Below are positions 9,056 through 19,200 of a DNA stretch of 64,000 nt, piece by piece. The position numbers were made by a program, and so were the translations under genes. Every line of letters starts with the position of its first letter. The first letter of the stretch is position 1. The stretch spans positions 19,469 to 83,468 of IMG/VR virus record IMGVR_UViG_3300025154_000006; one strand, written 5' to 3'. The notes below the pieces were generated by a model. It was not told where the DNA came from. It worked only from the letters and a program-made list of their open reading frames with translations, and searched no databases. This DNA is from a virus.

Positions 9056-12000
9056 TAAAGACTTATCTCGCTTTCAGATATATTTGCAACACTAATAATG
9101 TTGTCGCCAGGAAACACAGTTGACGTTCCCGCAATTTTGCACAGCATATCTAATAGTCCCGCTATGGAATAATCGTGATCGCCGCTGATTCCGGTAAAGC
9201 CAAAAACATTAACCTTATCGTTATTGTGAAGATATACAAACGTGCCCTCTGGATAGAGACCGCTTGCTTTGTTTCCCTTTTGGGGAGCAACTTCTGGTAT
9301 TGTGTTTGTAATCCAAACCTTATCCAATAAAGTGCCATTAAAATTTGAATCCAGTTGCCAAAGACCAGCGCCTGTTGGCCAGGTTGTCCTACAGCGTTCC
9401 CTAATCCAAATAAGTTCTCCGCTTGTTGTTATCCACACCTTCCATTGCATAAAGTTTGCGGGAATATACCAGCCAGAACTTAAGCAGCAGTGATATGTAT
9501 CGGTATCAACAAAATACATTTGGTTTTCCGTTGTTCCATCAAGCCACTTGAATAAATAAAACTCTATGCAGCCACCATTTATGTATTCTCTTCCGCCACC
9601 ACCCGGCGGATCAGAGCTATATGGTGGCTCGACAGCTCCTTTTAGGCGCAACTGAAATGGACCAAGCGGCGTCGTGGGCGGAACCGGTTCTCCATAAAGG
9701 TATCCGTCTGGAATGCCCACGTGAAATATGCTACCGTTGCCACCAACATCAACCCAGGCGCCATAATCAACTACAAAAAACTCCATATCCGTTTTTCCAG
9801 TAGCTGGATTTAGGTCTAATGGCAAAACTCCTATTTTGTCTTGTGTTACAACAAAGCCAGTAGTCCTAAATTTTGGGGGGTCTATAATTGACCAAATCCC
9901 AACATGGAATATGTCGTCGCTAGTTGCAATACTTCCATCGTTTTCTTTCCAGGAATAATAAAGTTGAGAACCATGGATTGGCCATGTGGCGGTTGATGTA
10001 AGTTTGTATTCGATACCAAACTCTCCATCGCGGTGCCAAAATCTAAGATCGTAGGTCTTGTTTGTAACCGGCCCGAAGCCGTATTCTTCTAAAATTGTTT
10101 TTATCCCATTTCTTACAACGGCCAAGCATATTTTTCCAACCTCCATATAGCCAACCAAATAGCTGTTTCCATCTACGCCCATACCAACAAGCCCAAGTTT
10201 TGAGTAGCTTCCAATTACATTTCCCCTTAAGTAGCAATCAAAATTCCACGCAGAGTATGGCCTTTGGGAGAAAAAGATTTGCGGAACTCCCTTTGTTGTA
10301 TTGGCAAGTTTTTTGGGAGATTCTCCCTCTACAACCGAGCTGCTATATGTTTCGGAAATTATACTGATCGATATTTTTCCGGTATTTTGGGTTGCGTTAT
10401 AATAATTTCTCCAAGAGAAACCAAATGGAAGGGAAGATAGTTCTTTTAGTTTCCCTTTTCTTGTAATGGTTGTAGACCAGGACTGTCCGCTTTGTATTTC
10501 CGTGGCATTTGCCTCATAACTTCCAAATGTAGAATATTCCTCAAAGTCGCTGTGGTCCGGTGGTATATCCCACGCATCTGTATCATTTAAGCAAACAGGA
10601 TAAACAACCACATTTAGCGGATCGCCTGCTACAGCGCCGTTTGTAATTTCCATATCTAATATTATCGTCACTTCCCTTTCTCCAAGCCCATCATCGACGG
10701 GAGTAATAATCCAAGCGCAACTCCCAAAAACGCCAATAGTTAGAAGGTTTGACGTTGTTAGATCATTAATCTCCAATTCATAACTTGTCATTGGGTTGGG
10801 GTCAACAGAAATCCCATTCCAGCAATATAATTTGAACGGAAGCAGATCTGTATTAAGGTTTTCCAATTGCATATTAACGTTTTCTTGAAGTGGAAGAAGC
10901 GACACAACAATACCGGGAACCTCTATGCGTTCGGTATAATAAGTTGTGTTTCCGCTTGGAGATATAACTCGTATTCCAACCTTAATTAATTTTTTTCCCT
11001 CTCCTGGATTTGCCATATTATATATAACCGGATAAGAACCCGGGCGAACATTTTCCTCGAACCAGGTTTGCTCTGGGTGTTTATATGTACTATCAAGTTC
11101 GCCAATTAAAGAAATATAGGTTGTTTGAATGCCAGAATTGTCCTCAACCAACATAAGAGCATAGAAGTCATCGTTGTTTGTATTGGTTGGCGTGTTATCT
11201 ACAGGATTTGGGCCGGGTGCGCCAGATGAAATACCCGCCCTGCTCCAGCCATAAAGCCTTATCTCAATAGTTTCCGAATTGTCAAATAACGGATAATCTA
11301 CACAAAATTCTTTTAGGTCTTTACACCAGTGATCGGTTGCGGCTTCTCCGGCATGTGTTTGATAAACAAGTCCGCCGGCATCTATGACTTCTTGGGTCCA
11401 AAAATCGCAGGACAAAGACCAGTTTATTCCGGTTTGGGTTTCGACCCTATAGAGATTATTCAACTCTTGAACCCGATCAAGAATTGCCTGTTTTCCTTGC
11501 AGTTCCATGTAAAACGGGTGTGTCATCATCGAAGTGTGCCACATTGCGTCTGGAACAAAATTTATATTGTATCCGCGACTTCCGTCTTCAAGCGTTGCCC
11601 TTATATCCGATATGACAACATCGTGGAACTTGACATATTCAGTTCCCTCTGTCGTATTAACTCCGGCTTCAATTTTAGAATATGCGCCAGTGATAAGTAG
11701 GGGATTATCTAAATATTCTTCCGACGATGCCTTTATTTTGACCGACCAACCGGAATTGGGCGAGCCGCTTATGCTATCGATAATAAGACTTACGAATTCC
11801 GCACTTTCTCCAATAAGTTGATATGGCTTGGTTGTGGAATAATATCTATTTGTTGATGAAAAAACGAGGTTATCTCCACAGGAAGCGGCCAGAAACCGAA
11901 GATTAATTGTAGAAACAAGGGTTTTTCTGTCGATACTAAACGTAATACCGTCTTGGCTCCAAAGTAGAAGCGTATATTTTGTTTCAGAAACAAATTCTTC

Positions 12001-12846
12001 TTTTCTGTAAAATCTTACGCACATAAAAACACGAGAGTTTTCAACGAACACATTGCCAATTTCGGCAACCGACAAATCTTCTGGAACCGAAACAAAGAAA
12101 TCTGACCAGGCGCCGTTTAGTCCATCCTCTGCAAATTCATAACTTGCGCCCTTAATTGATCCTTTGTGTGTTGTACTATAAACAAAAATCTTTTCGCCCA
12201 GAAGTGTCGCCCCGGTATACTGGAGTAGCTCTACGTCTTCCGTATTAAAGCCGCTATAAACGTGTGTAGGGTTAAAAAGTCGTCCTTGGTGTTTGTGTTC
12301 TGATCCGTCCGATGCAATGTAAACGGGCCTAATTCCGCCCTCGTCAATATAAAATATAATAGCAGTATTATCTGTTAATGGATGAATTGCTCCTGTTGGT
12401 ATTGTGGAAAAAACATTTTGGGAAACAATACAGTTTTCGGTTCCCAAAAGTACAAGATCGGGATTGTATGTGGCCTTATACCAGTTTCCGGAATAAAAGT
12501 ACCAAAGTAAGTTTTCAAAAATTCCTGGCCTGCAAATTGGGTCTGCCTCTATTGGCGTACCTGTAATCGCAACGCGAACCGGGGTCGCCTCGCCCTCTAT
12601 GTGCAACATAACATCGCCATTTGTCTTGATAGAAATTGTTACGAATTTTTCAAGATCACTGTTATAGCAAATAGCCTCTGGTAAAGGATAACCATTTATC
12701 TCTCCCTCCGCAAGAGCATATTCCGGCGCATTGTCTGTATAGGCGTCAAAGTATACGCGCGATTTATATGCAGTCAGTCTTCCGGTTGCCCTAAGGCTTT
12801 CAGGAATAGTTATTGCATCTTCGTATGACTGGGAACTTGTTCTCAT
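9055..12846 (-). CDS. large tail tip / hub protein
   Basis: about 1260 aa, beta-rich, two genes downstream of the tape measure; start MRTSSQ at 12846 after AAGGA. Confidence 0.65.
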   Translation of the reverse strand: MRTSSQSYEDAITIPESLRATGRLTAYKSRVYFDAYTDNAPEYALAEGEINGYPLPEAICYNSDLEKFVTISIKTNGDVMLHIEGEATPVRVAITGTPIEADPICRPGIFENLLWYFYSGNWYKATYNPDLVLLGTENCIVSQNVFSTIPTGAIHPLTDNTAIIFYIDEGGIRPVYIASDGSEHKHQGRLFNPTHVYSGFNTEDVELLQYTGATLLGEKIFVYSTTHKGSIKGASYEFAEDGLNGAWSDFFVSVPEDLSVAEIGNVFVENSRVFMCVRFYRKEEFVSETKYTLLLWSQDGITFSIDRKTLVSTINLRFLAASCGDNLVFSSTNRYYSTTKPYQLIGESAEFVSLIIDSISGSPNSGWSVKIKASSEEYLDNPLLITGAYSKIEAGVNTTEGTEYVKFHDVVISDIRATLEDGSRGYNINFVPDAMWHTSMMTHPFYMELQGKQAILDRVQELNNLYRVETQTGINWSLSCDFWTQEVIDAGGLVYQTHAGEAATDHWCKDLKEFCVDYPLFDNSETIEIRLYGWSRAGISSGAPGPNPVDNTPTNTNNDDFYALMLVEDNSGIQTTYISLIGELDSTYKHPEQTWFEENVRPGSYPVIYNMANPGEGKKLIKVGIRVISPSGNTTYYTERIEVPGIVVSLLPLQENVNMQLENLNTDLLPFKLYCWNGISVDPNPMTSYELEINDLTTSNLLTIGVFGSCAWIITPVDDGLGEREVTIILDMEITNGAVAGDPLNVVVYPVCLNDTDAWDIPPDHSDFEEYSTFGSYEANATEIQSGQSWSTTITRKGKLKELSSLPFGFSWRNYYNATQNTGKISISIISETYSSSVVEGESPKKLANTTKGVPQIFFSQRPYSAWNFDCYLRGNVIGSYSKLGLVGMGVDGNSYLVGYMEVGKICLAVVRNGIKTILEEYGFGPVTNKTYDLRFWHRDGEFGIEYKLTSTATWPIHGSQLYYSWKENDGSIATSDDIFHVGIWSIIDPPKFRTTGFVVTQDKIGVLPLDLNPATGKTDMEFFVVDYGAWVDVGGNGSIFHVGIPDGYLYGEPVPPTTPLGPFQLRLKGAVEPPYSSDPPGGGGREYINGGCIEFYLFKWLDGTTENQMYFVDTDTYHCCLSSGWYIPANFMQWKVWITTSGELIWIRERCRTTWPTGAGLWQLDSNFNGTLLDKVWITNTIPEVAPQKGNKASGLYPEGTFVYLHNNDKVNVFGFTGISGDHDYSIAGLLDMLCKIAGTSTVFPGDNIISVANISESEISL

Positions 12847-12854
12847 GTTTTTCC

Positions 12855-13292
12855 TTATGAAATATCCAGTGGCGTTGCGCTTAGGCATTGAAACACACAC
12901 TGTACCAAAGACCAGGCGCTTGGGCCCTCTACCATTACACCAAGAAGTTGCTCTGAAAACGAACCAAGCATTACCACATTATATACCTGTTCGCAGTGCG
13001 AAACCATGGTCAAAACATTTGACGGAGTTCCGTTTGGGTTGTTGAACGAAAAGAAGGTTCGTAAATCTTCAAGATTGCCAAAATTTTCTCTATTCTCTTC
13101 TTGCCTAACCCGAACAAGATATTCGTCTCTTTTATAAAGCCCACCGACTGCAATGTCAAGGCTTCCATCAAGGGTTTTGTCGATACTCTGAGACTTTTCG
13201 AGAATTGGTCTATATCCAGATAAAAGTACCTGAAAACGACGCGAAAAACTACCGTCGCTTGTTGTAAGAGTAAAATAATCATTGGTTGCCAT
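12855..13292 (-). CDS. distal tail (Dit-like) protein
   Basis: 145 aa directly after the tape measure; KTLDGSL motif. Confidence 0.55.
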   Translation of the reverse strand: MATNDYFTLTTSDGSFSRRFQVLLSGYRPILEKSQSIDKTLDGSLDIAVGGLYKRDEYLVRVRQEENRENFGNLEDLRTFFSFNNPNGTPSNVLTMVSHCEQVYNVVMLGSFSEQLLGVMVEGPSAWSLVQCVFQCLSATPLDIS

Positions 13293-16200
13293 TATGATCT
13301 TAGTTCCTGTGCTACTGCGTCAATAACAAATCTGGACAGGTGTTCGTTACCAAGATAAATGTTAATTGTTTGCTTTTTATCTTGCTTTACGGCATTGTTC
13401 AAGAGGTAGGTAGTGTCATTATACATTGTATCCTCGGTTTGATTTGACAAATAGGGATAGTTGACCGGAAGAGTATCTTTGGGTTGGCGCGGATCTTGCG
13501 GAGCAGGTTGAACAGGCGGCGGATTAGTTCCGGCCTCGTAAATTAAATTGATTTGATCTAATACTCCGGCAAGTCCGATCCGAAGCTTTTCCATTCCTTC
13601 ACCAGACAATGTGTTCAATTCGCCACCCATAGACATAATGGCAAGTTGCATCTGGAAAACAGCCTCTTCGTGTTCATGTGCGGCCCTGGCCTGTTCTTCT
13701 GCAAGAGCAAGCTGTTTTTGTTGTAGGGCGTATTGTTCCTTGGCATACCTTCGTTCTTCTGCAACTTGTTCTGCTTGTAACTTTTTCTGCTCTTCGTAAT
13801 ATTTCTTTTGAAGATCAAGTTGCTTTTGTTGCATTGCAAGAGATTCGAGCTGTTGTTTCTTTTGAAGATTAAAACGCTCGTCCTCAAGCTTCCAAAGTTC
13901 TTCTTGGCGCGCGCGTTGTTTCTCAATCTGGTCGCCTTCCATATTGTGCATGGTGGTCTCGCGACCCATTTTCCGTTCGGCCAATTTGCGTTGGCGCCCA
14001 GTCATAAAACGAGATTCTTCCGCAAAATCTTCTTGCTTCCATCCCCACTGCATATTGCGAAGTTGATCTTGATAGCCCCAATCTTCCTTGGCCCAGGTGC
14101 GCGTGAGGTTCATCTGGGTTTGTTGAATAGTATTGCCAATATTGATATTTGCCGCAGATTGGTTTATCTGTTCTTGTTGCAGACCAAACTGTTGTTGCTG
14201 ATACCAATTTGACAGGGCGATTTGCTTATCCTGAATCCCCCACATGGTCTGGGTATGAGCCCATCCCGATTGAAGTCCTTGTTGTTGCAACGCAAAGCCT
14301 TGTTGTTGGTATCCGTAACTTTGTTGCATCCAGCTATATTGTTCTCCCTGTATACCGCCAATAGACGTAATTTGGTTGGGTTGACCAGTAGCGGGATTGA
14401 TGCTTCCTAGCGTAATTGGCTGTGCAAGCTGAACGCCATTAACTGCGGCGTTAACAGAACGATTCTGTGTTGTCCCAAAAATATTCTGTCCCATTTGTTG
14501 CGAAGACAGACTGCCCATTTCTAAACCTGTTGTCCCATAAGGAAGTCCAGTTAGACGACCATTATTGGTGTCTGTCATTGCCAGATAGTTGGCATTGATA
14601 GTGTTGCCCTGCATGGTTCTGACACCGGGAAGTTGTCCCAGGTCCATACCGCCCAGGGCCAAGGTTGCCATGGCCATAGGGTCGCCACCAAGAGCACGAT
14701 TATAGAATTCTGCTTGCCCACCCGTCATTCCAGTCATTTGTGCATAGATTTTATTTCCGGTACTGGCATTGCCATAAAAGGTGCTTTTATCGTACTGGCT
14801 TTGTGCCATTCCGCGCACCTGCTCTGCGGCAAATGTAGACGCCGTAGCAGAAGCGGTAAGATTTGCGGCTTCTCGTGGCGACATTAAGGGCGATAATTTT
14901 GTTGGATCTACCGCAGTGGTCGATCTTCCAATTGCGGCATTTGCCATATATGCTTCTTGTTGTGCGCGAATAACATTTTCGGCAGGAGTACCAACAAATT
15001 TCGATAATGTGTCCTCGAATTTGATCAACAGATCGTTTATCTCTGTTTCTGTTCTTTGTCTTGCGCCTCCCGCCATTGTTGGACCCATTGGGTGCCCCTG
15101 CATATATTTAACGCCAGGCAACGATGTGGCAAATTCTGCGCCAGTTGTAATTGCAATTCTTTGTTCTTCTGGAATTTCTTTATCTGAAAGATAACGCGTA
15201 AGCGCGTCTGTTCTAAGGCTTCCTTTGCTGTCTCTTTGCCACGCAAACGTAGCGCCTCTTCCGGCGCCGGACAATATTGACTGGGCCAAATCCTGATCCC
15301 TGATCCCAAGATCCATTCCAGAAGCAAGTTTTTGTGTAAGGCTATTGTTAATTGTCCAATTTGGATTTCGCGCATACATAGCTTGGACGTTAGCAACTGC
15401 TTGTTGGGAGTAAATACTCATTCCCGGTTGTTCCATTAAAAGCCTGGTTCCGCCACTTATGGTTCCGGCCAGGCCGCCAGAACCACGTAGTTGTCTAAGT
15501 TGCTCAAATGTTGTACCGCCTTCAATTTGTTTACGGGCTTGTTCGTACCACGTTTCTCGTTCTTGATTTAGCGCACCGCGACTTCCGTCTTCAAATGTTC
15601 TTTCTCTGGCAAATGGCTTATATTTATAACCACCAGAAAACGTTTGCGCCAATACGTCATATGGTGCCAGGAAATATTGCTTTGCTTCGTCAAATTTCGA
15701 TAAGCGATAAGCAAGCGACTCTTGATCTTCCGTTTTCTGATATATCTGTGATCCGCCAGATACCACCGCGGTGGCAATTCCTACCGGAAGCGCCGCTTTA
15801 CCAAAGAATTTTGATGCAGTACTTCCTTTTCTAAAGGAATCGGCAATCCACTGAGTAGCGCCCCACGCACCTACGCCCGCCATTGCCGTTCCAAAGACAT
15901 CGCCAAGAACTGGATAATCTGCGGCCATGGTCTGCGCGGTTATAAGCGGATTGGCATTTGCGCCCATAAGTGCCTGTTTATTTAGCAATGCCATCTGTGG
16001 ACTGTAGACGGGTTGGCGAATACCAAAAGTTTGCGCGGCCTGAGCAGAAATGGCCTGATTTAGACCCATCGCCTGTTCTTGTCCCTGGCCCATTCCACCA
16101 GTAATGATGTTTCCAATAGAACGGAAATACATCAAACCAAAACCACTGAGCATTCGCCTGGCCGCACCGCCCATTGTATTCTCTTCGGCCATTGCCTCTT

Positions 16201-19200
16201 GCTCGAGCTTTTGCGTCATTCTTGCATTGTCTATTTTCTGCAAACGCCCTTGCAGAGTCCCAAGTTTTGTAACGTCTTCTTGCGTTAGTTGACCAGATGC
16301 AAGTTTGGTTTCGCCTTCCGACACTTGCTTTTTGAGATTTTCGTAGGCCATTTCTTGCCCAAGCCTGCGTTTTTGTTCTTGTACACCGCTTAGGGCTTTT
16401 TCTTCATCAACCAGTCCCTTAATGCGGTTTCCGTGTTTGTCGGATAATTTGCCAAGAAGATCGGCCTCTTCTTTTATTAAGCGGTTGTATTCTGCGCGTT
16501 GAGAACTGGTTCCGGTAACAAGTCCACCGCCGCTACCCTCTTTGAGCATATCGCCGGTTTTTAGTTTGTAAGCGTCTGTCAAATCTGCCAATTCGGTTTG
16601 CTGTTGGCCGATCAGATCTGGGCGTTCTTTCTTTATTTTTGCGGTAATGCCGAGATTTTCTCTTAGTATGGCTTTGTTTTGCGCAGCGGCTATGAACGGT
16701 TTCATTCTTTCAAGCCGCTCATCTATGGTTCCAGTTCTTTCGGGTCCAACAATGCCAGCTTTCGACATTCCAGTAAAGAGTTCCTGGAAAGTATTAGAAG
16801 TAACAAGTGCCTCTGACATTTCTGCTATGAAAGCGTTTTGCGCCATTCCGCTTGCGGTTCTACCGCGGCCAGCATCGCCAAGCTCCGTAATTGCTCTTTT
16901 GCCCTTATTGTCAGCATATGACGTGTTGAGATTTGCAATGGCGTCGCCCATATCAGGAAAACTTGTTTCTTTGTGTTCTTTTACACCAGAATACGCCAAT
17001 TGTTGCGCGTCTCTCAATAGACCGGCTTGTCGTAATGTTGGCCCGTGAATTCTAAGTAACCTATTGGCCTCTGCCGGATTCGTCAACCTTAATTGGTTTA
17101 TTCTTGCAGAAATATTCCTTGCCTCAAGTGCGCTTTCTCCCGCATTAAGTTCTGGGAACCCAAGATCGGTTAGAGACTTGTCCAGAGTACTAAAAGTTCC
17201 TCTAATCTGTTCAATACTATCCTGGTACATATTAGAGAAAGCGGCAAGCGCTTTACGGGCTTTGCTTGGTGAGGAAACAAAGCTTGGATATTTTCCACCA
17301 CCAGTCGCATCTTTACCGCCACTTCTTCCGCCAAAAGTACCCTCCGCAATAGCATCTACTGTGCGATCATACCCGATCCACCCCGTAGTGTTCCCTTCTT
17401 TGTCTTTAAGCGGAATATCGTGAGGCTTTTCGCCGCCAGCCAATATGGTTTGCTGTTCTTTTGTCTTCTTTGATGTAAGAACAGATTGTTCTTTGCCAAA
17501 CGGAATTTCTCTTGCCGACTCAAAATCAAAATTAGCGGCAAGGTTTGGATTGATTGCCGTACCAAGTCGTTGTAATTCTGGAATAAGCACATCTTTTTCT
17601 TTTTGCGTTAAGTTCGGATCATTGAGTTTCGCTTCAAGGCGATGCGATTTCTCTACGAGCGTCTCTTTGCCCTCGTTCGCACTGCGAACTGCGGAACTTA
17701 GTCTATCAAGCATTTGATTCTCACTAGACTTTGGATCGTAGCCAAGAATTTGCTGCATCTGTATACTTGTGGTTCCCGGCATTTGTGCGGAAGTTCGCGC
17801 TAATCTTCCGGCGCCAGCCGTATCTTCCGAAGTAACGTATTTGTTCTTTCTTGCAGAATAAACATCTTCTGTTCCAATTGCTTCCCATTGCGAATAAAGC
17901 GCATCTGCTTTTGCCTGATCACCACCAGTTATTTTCAGCGCGATTGTCTTCGCAAGTTCTTTTTCTTTATTTCCTTCTTTTGAGCCAACGGCACGACCAA
18001 AGAAACCAGCAAGAATTGGCATCTTTGTCATCAGTTCATTGCCCTTTTGCGTACCAAGAGAACGATATGTAGCAGAGATCCGCCTGACGAGGCGCATGCC
18101 CCATTGTCCCTTATCTGAAATCGCCTCAAGTTCAGATCGCAGCACGGCCTCGTCTTCTTCGCTTGTTCCAAACTTGTTTGCTATTGAAGCGGCGGAACGC
18201 GTGTAACTTCCATCGGAATATGGCGCAGTAGCATCCACGGCGGCCTGTTGCATAAAGTTTTGTAGGCCACCCGTGTCTATATTCTGTTCTTCTTTTCCGC
18301 CACCAGAGAACACGCGGTTTACTGGCGACCATTCTTTATCCCATCCTTGTGGTTTGGGGCGAGAATATCCAAAGAACTGTTCGCCCTTTTGATTTTCGCC
18401 AAATCTTATCGAGGAAAGTGCTTGCGAAAGATTGCTATCACCAAGTTCGGCGTAGTCTACACCAGTCATATACGAAGCTTCGTCGCTTACGTTTCCTTTC
18501 CTGCCAAGAAACTTATTTGCCGTAGCAAGAGTAAGCCCTACACTATATTCTTTACCAATGTGTTCAACTGGCATAGACTTACCAACTGCCTGTTTCCAAA
18601 CCTCGTTGTAGGGAAGAGTTGCCCGTTTTGCTATATTCTTTGCTGTTGGATCGACATTTCTAATCGCGTCTCTGGCGCTTTGAACGTAAGAGTTGAACCG
18701 ATTTGCTGTGTTTAAACTTGGAAACTTTGCCGCTTCTTTGCCACGAATAAATGCTACTTGGTCTTTTGGAAGAATATTATCGCCAAATGTCTTTAATATT
18801 TCTGGACCAAAAGTATCAAAGAAGAACTTTTGGTATTCTGTATCGTAATCTTTATCTCCCAACTGCCCTCTTCCTATGGCGCTACTTCCATAAATACCAT
18901 ATTGCGCTTCCATTTCTGGTCGTATTCTGTTCCAAACTTCTTTTCCGAGAAGAGTTCGCATTTCCCTAAACGGGATATTTATACCTGGCATAGGAGATTC
19001 GCCCGGGGCGGCAGGATCTCTTTGCGATGCCGTAACAATGCGTTTTTCTCTTAGAAATCTACTTACTTCTCTTTGCTGTACTTCTAAAGTACCTGCGGCG
19101 CGACGCGTCATGGGTTGCAGTAGTTTTTGCGTAGCATAACTTGTTCCTGGCGCTAGAAATGGCGCAGGATAGTCGCCACCGCGAATTGATAGCGGATCTT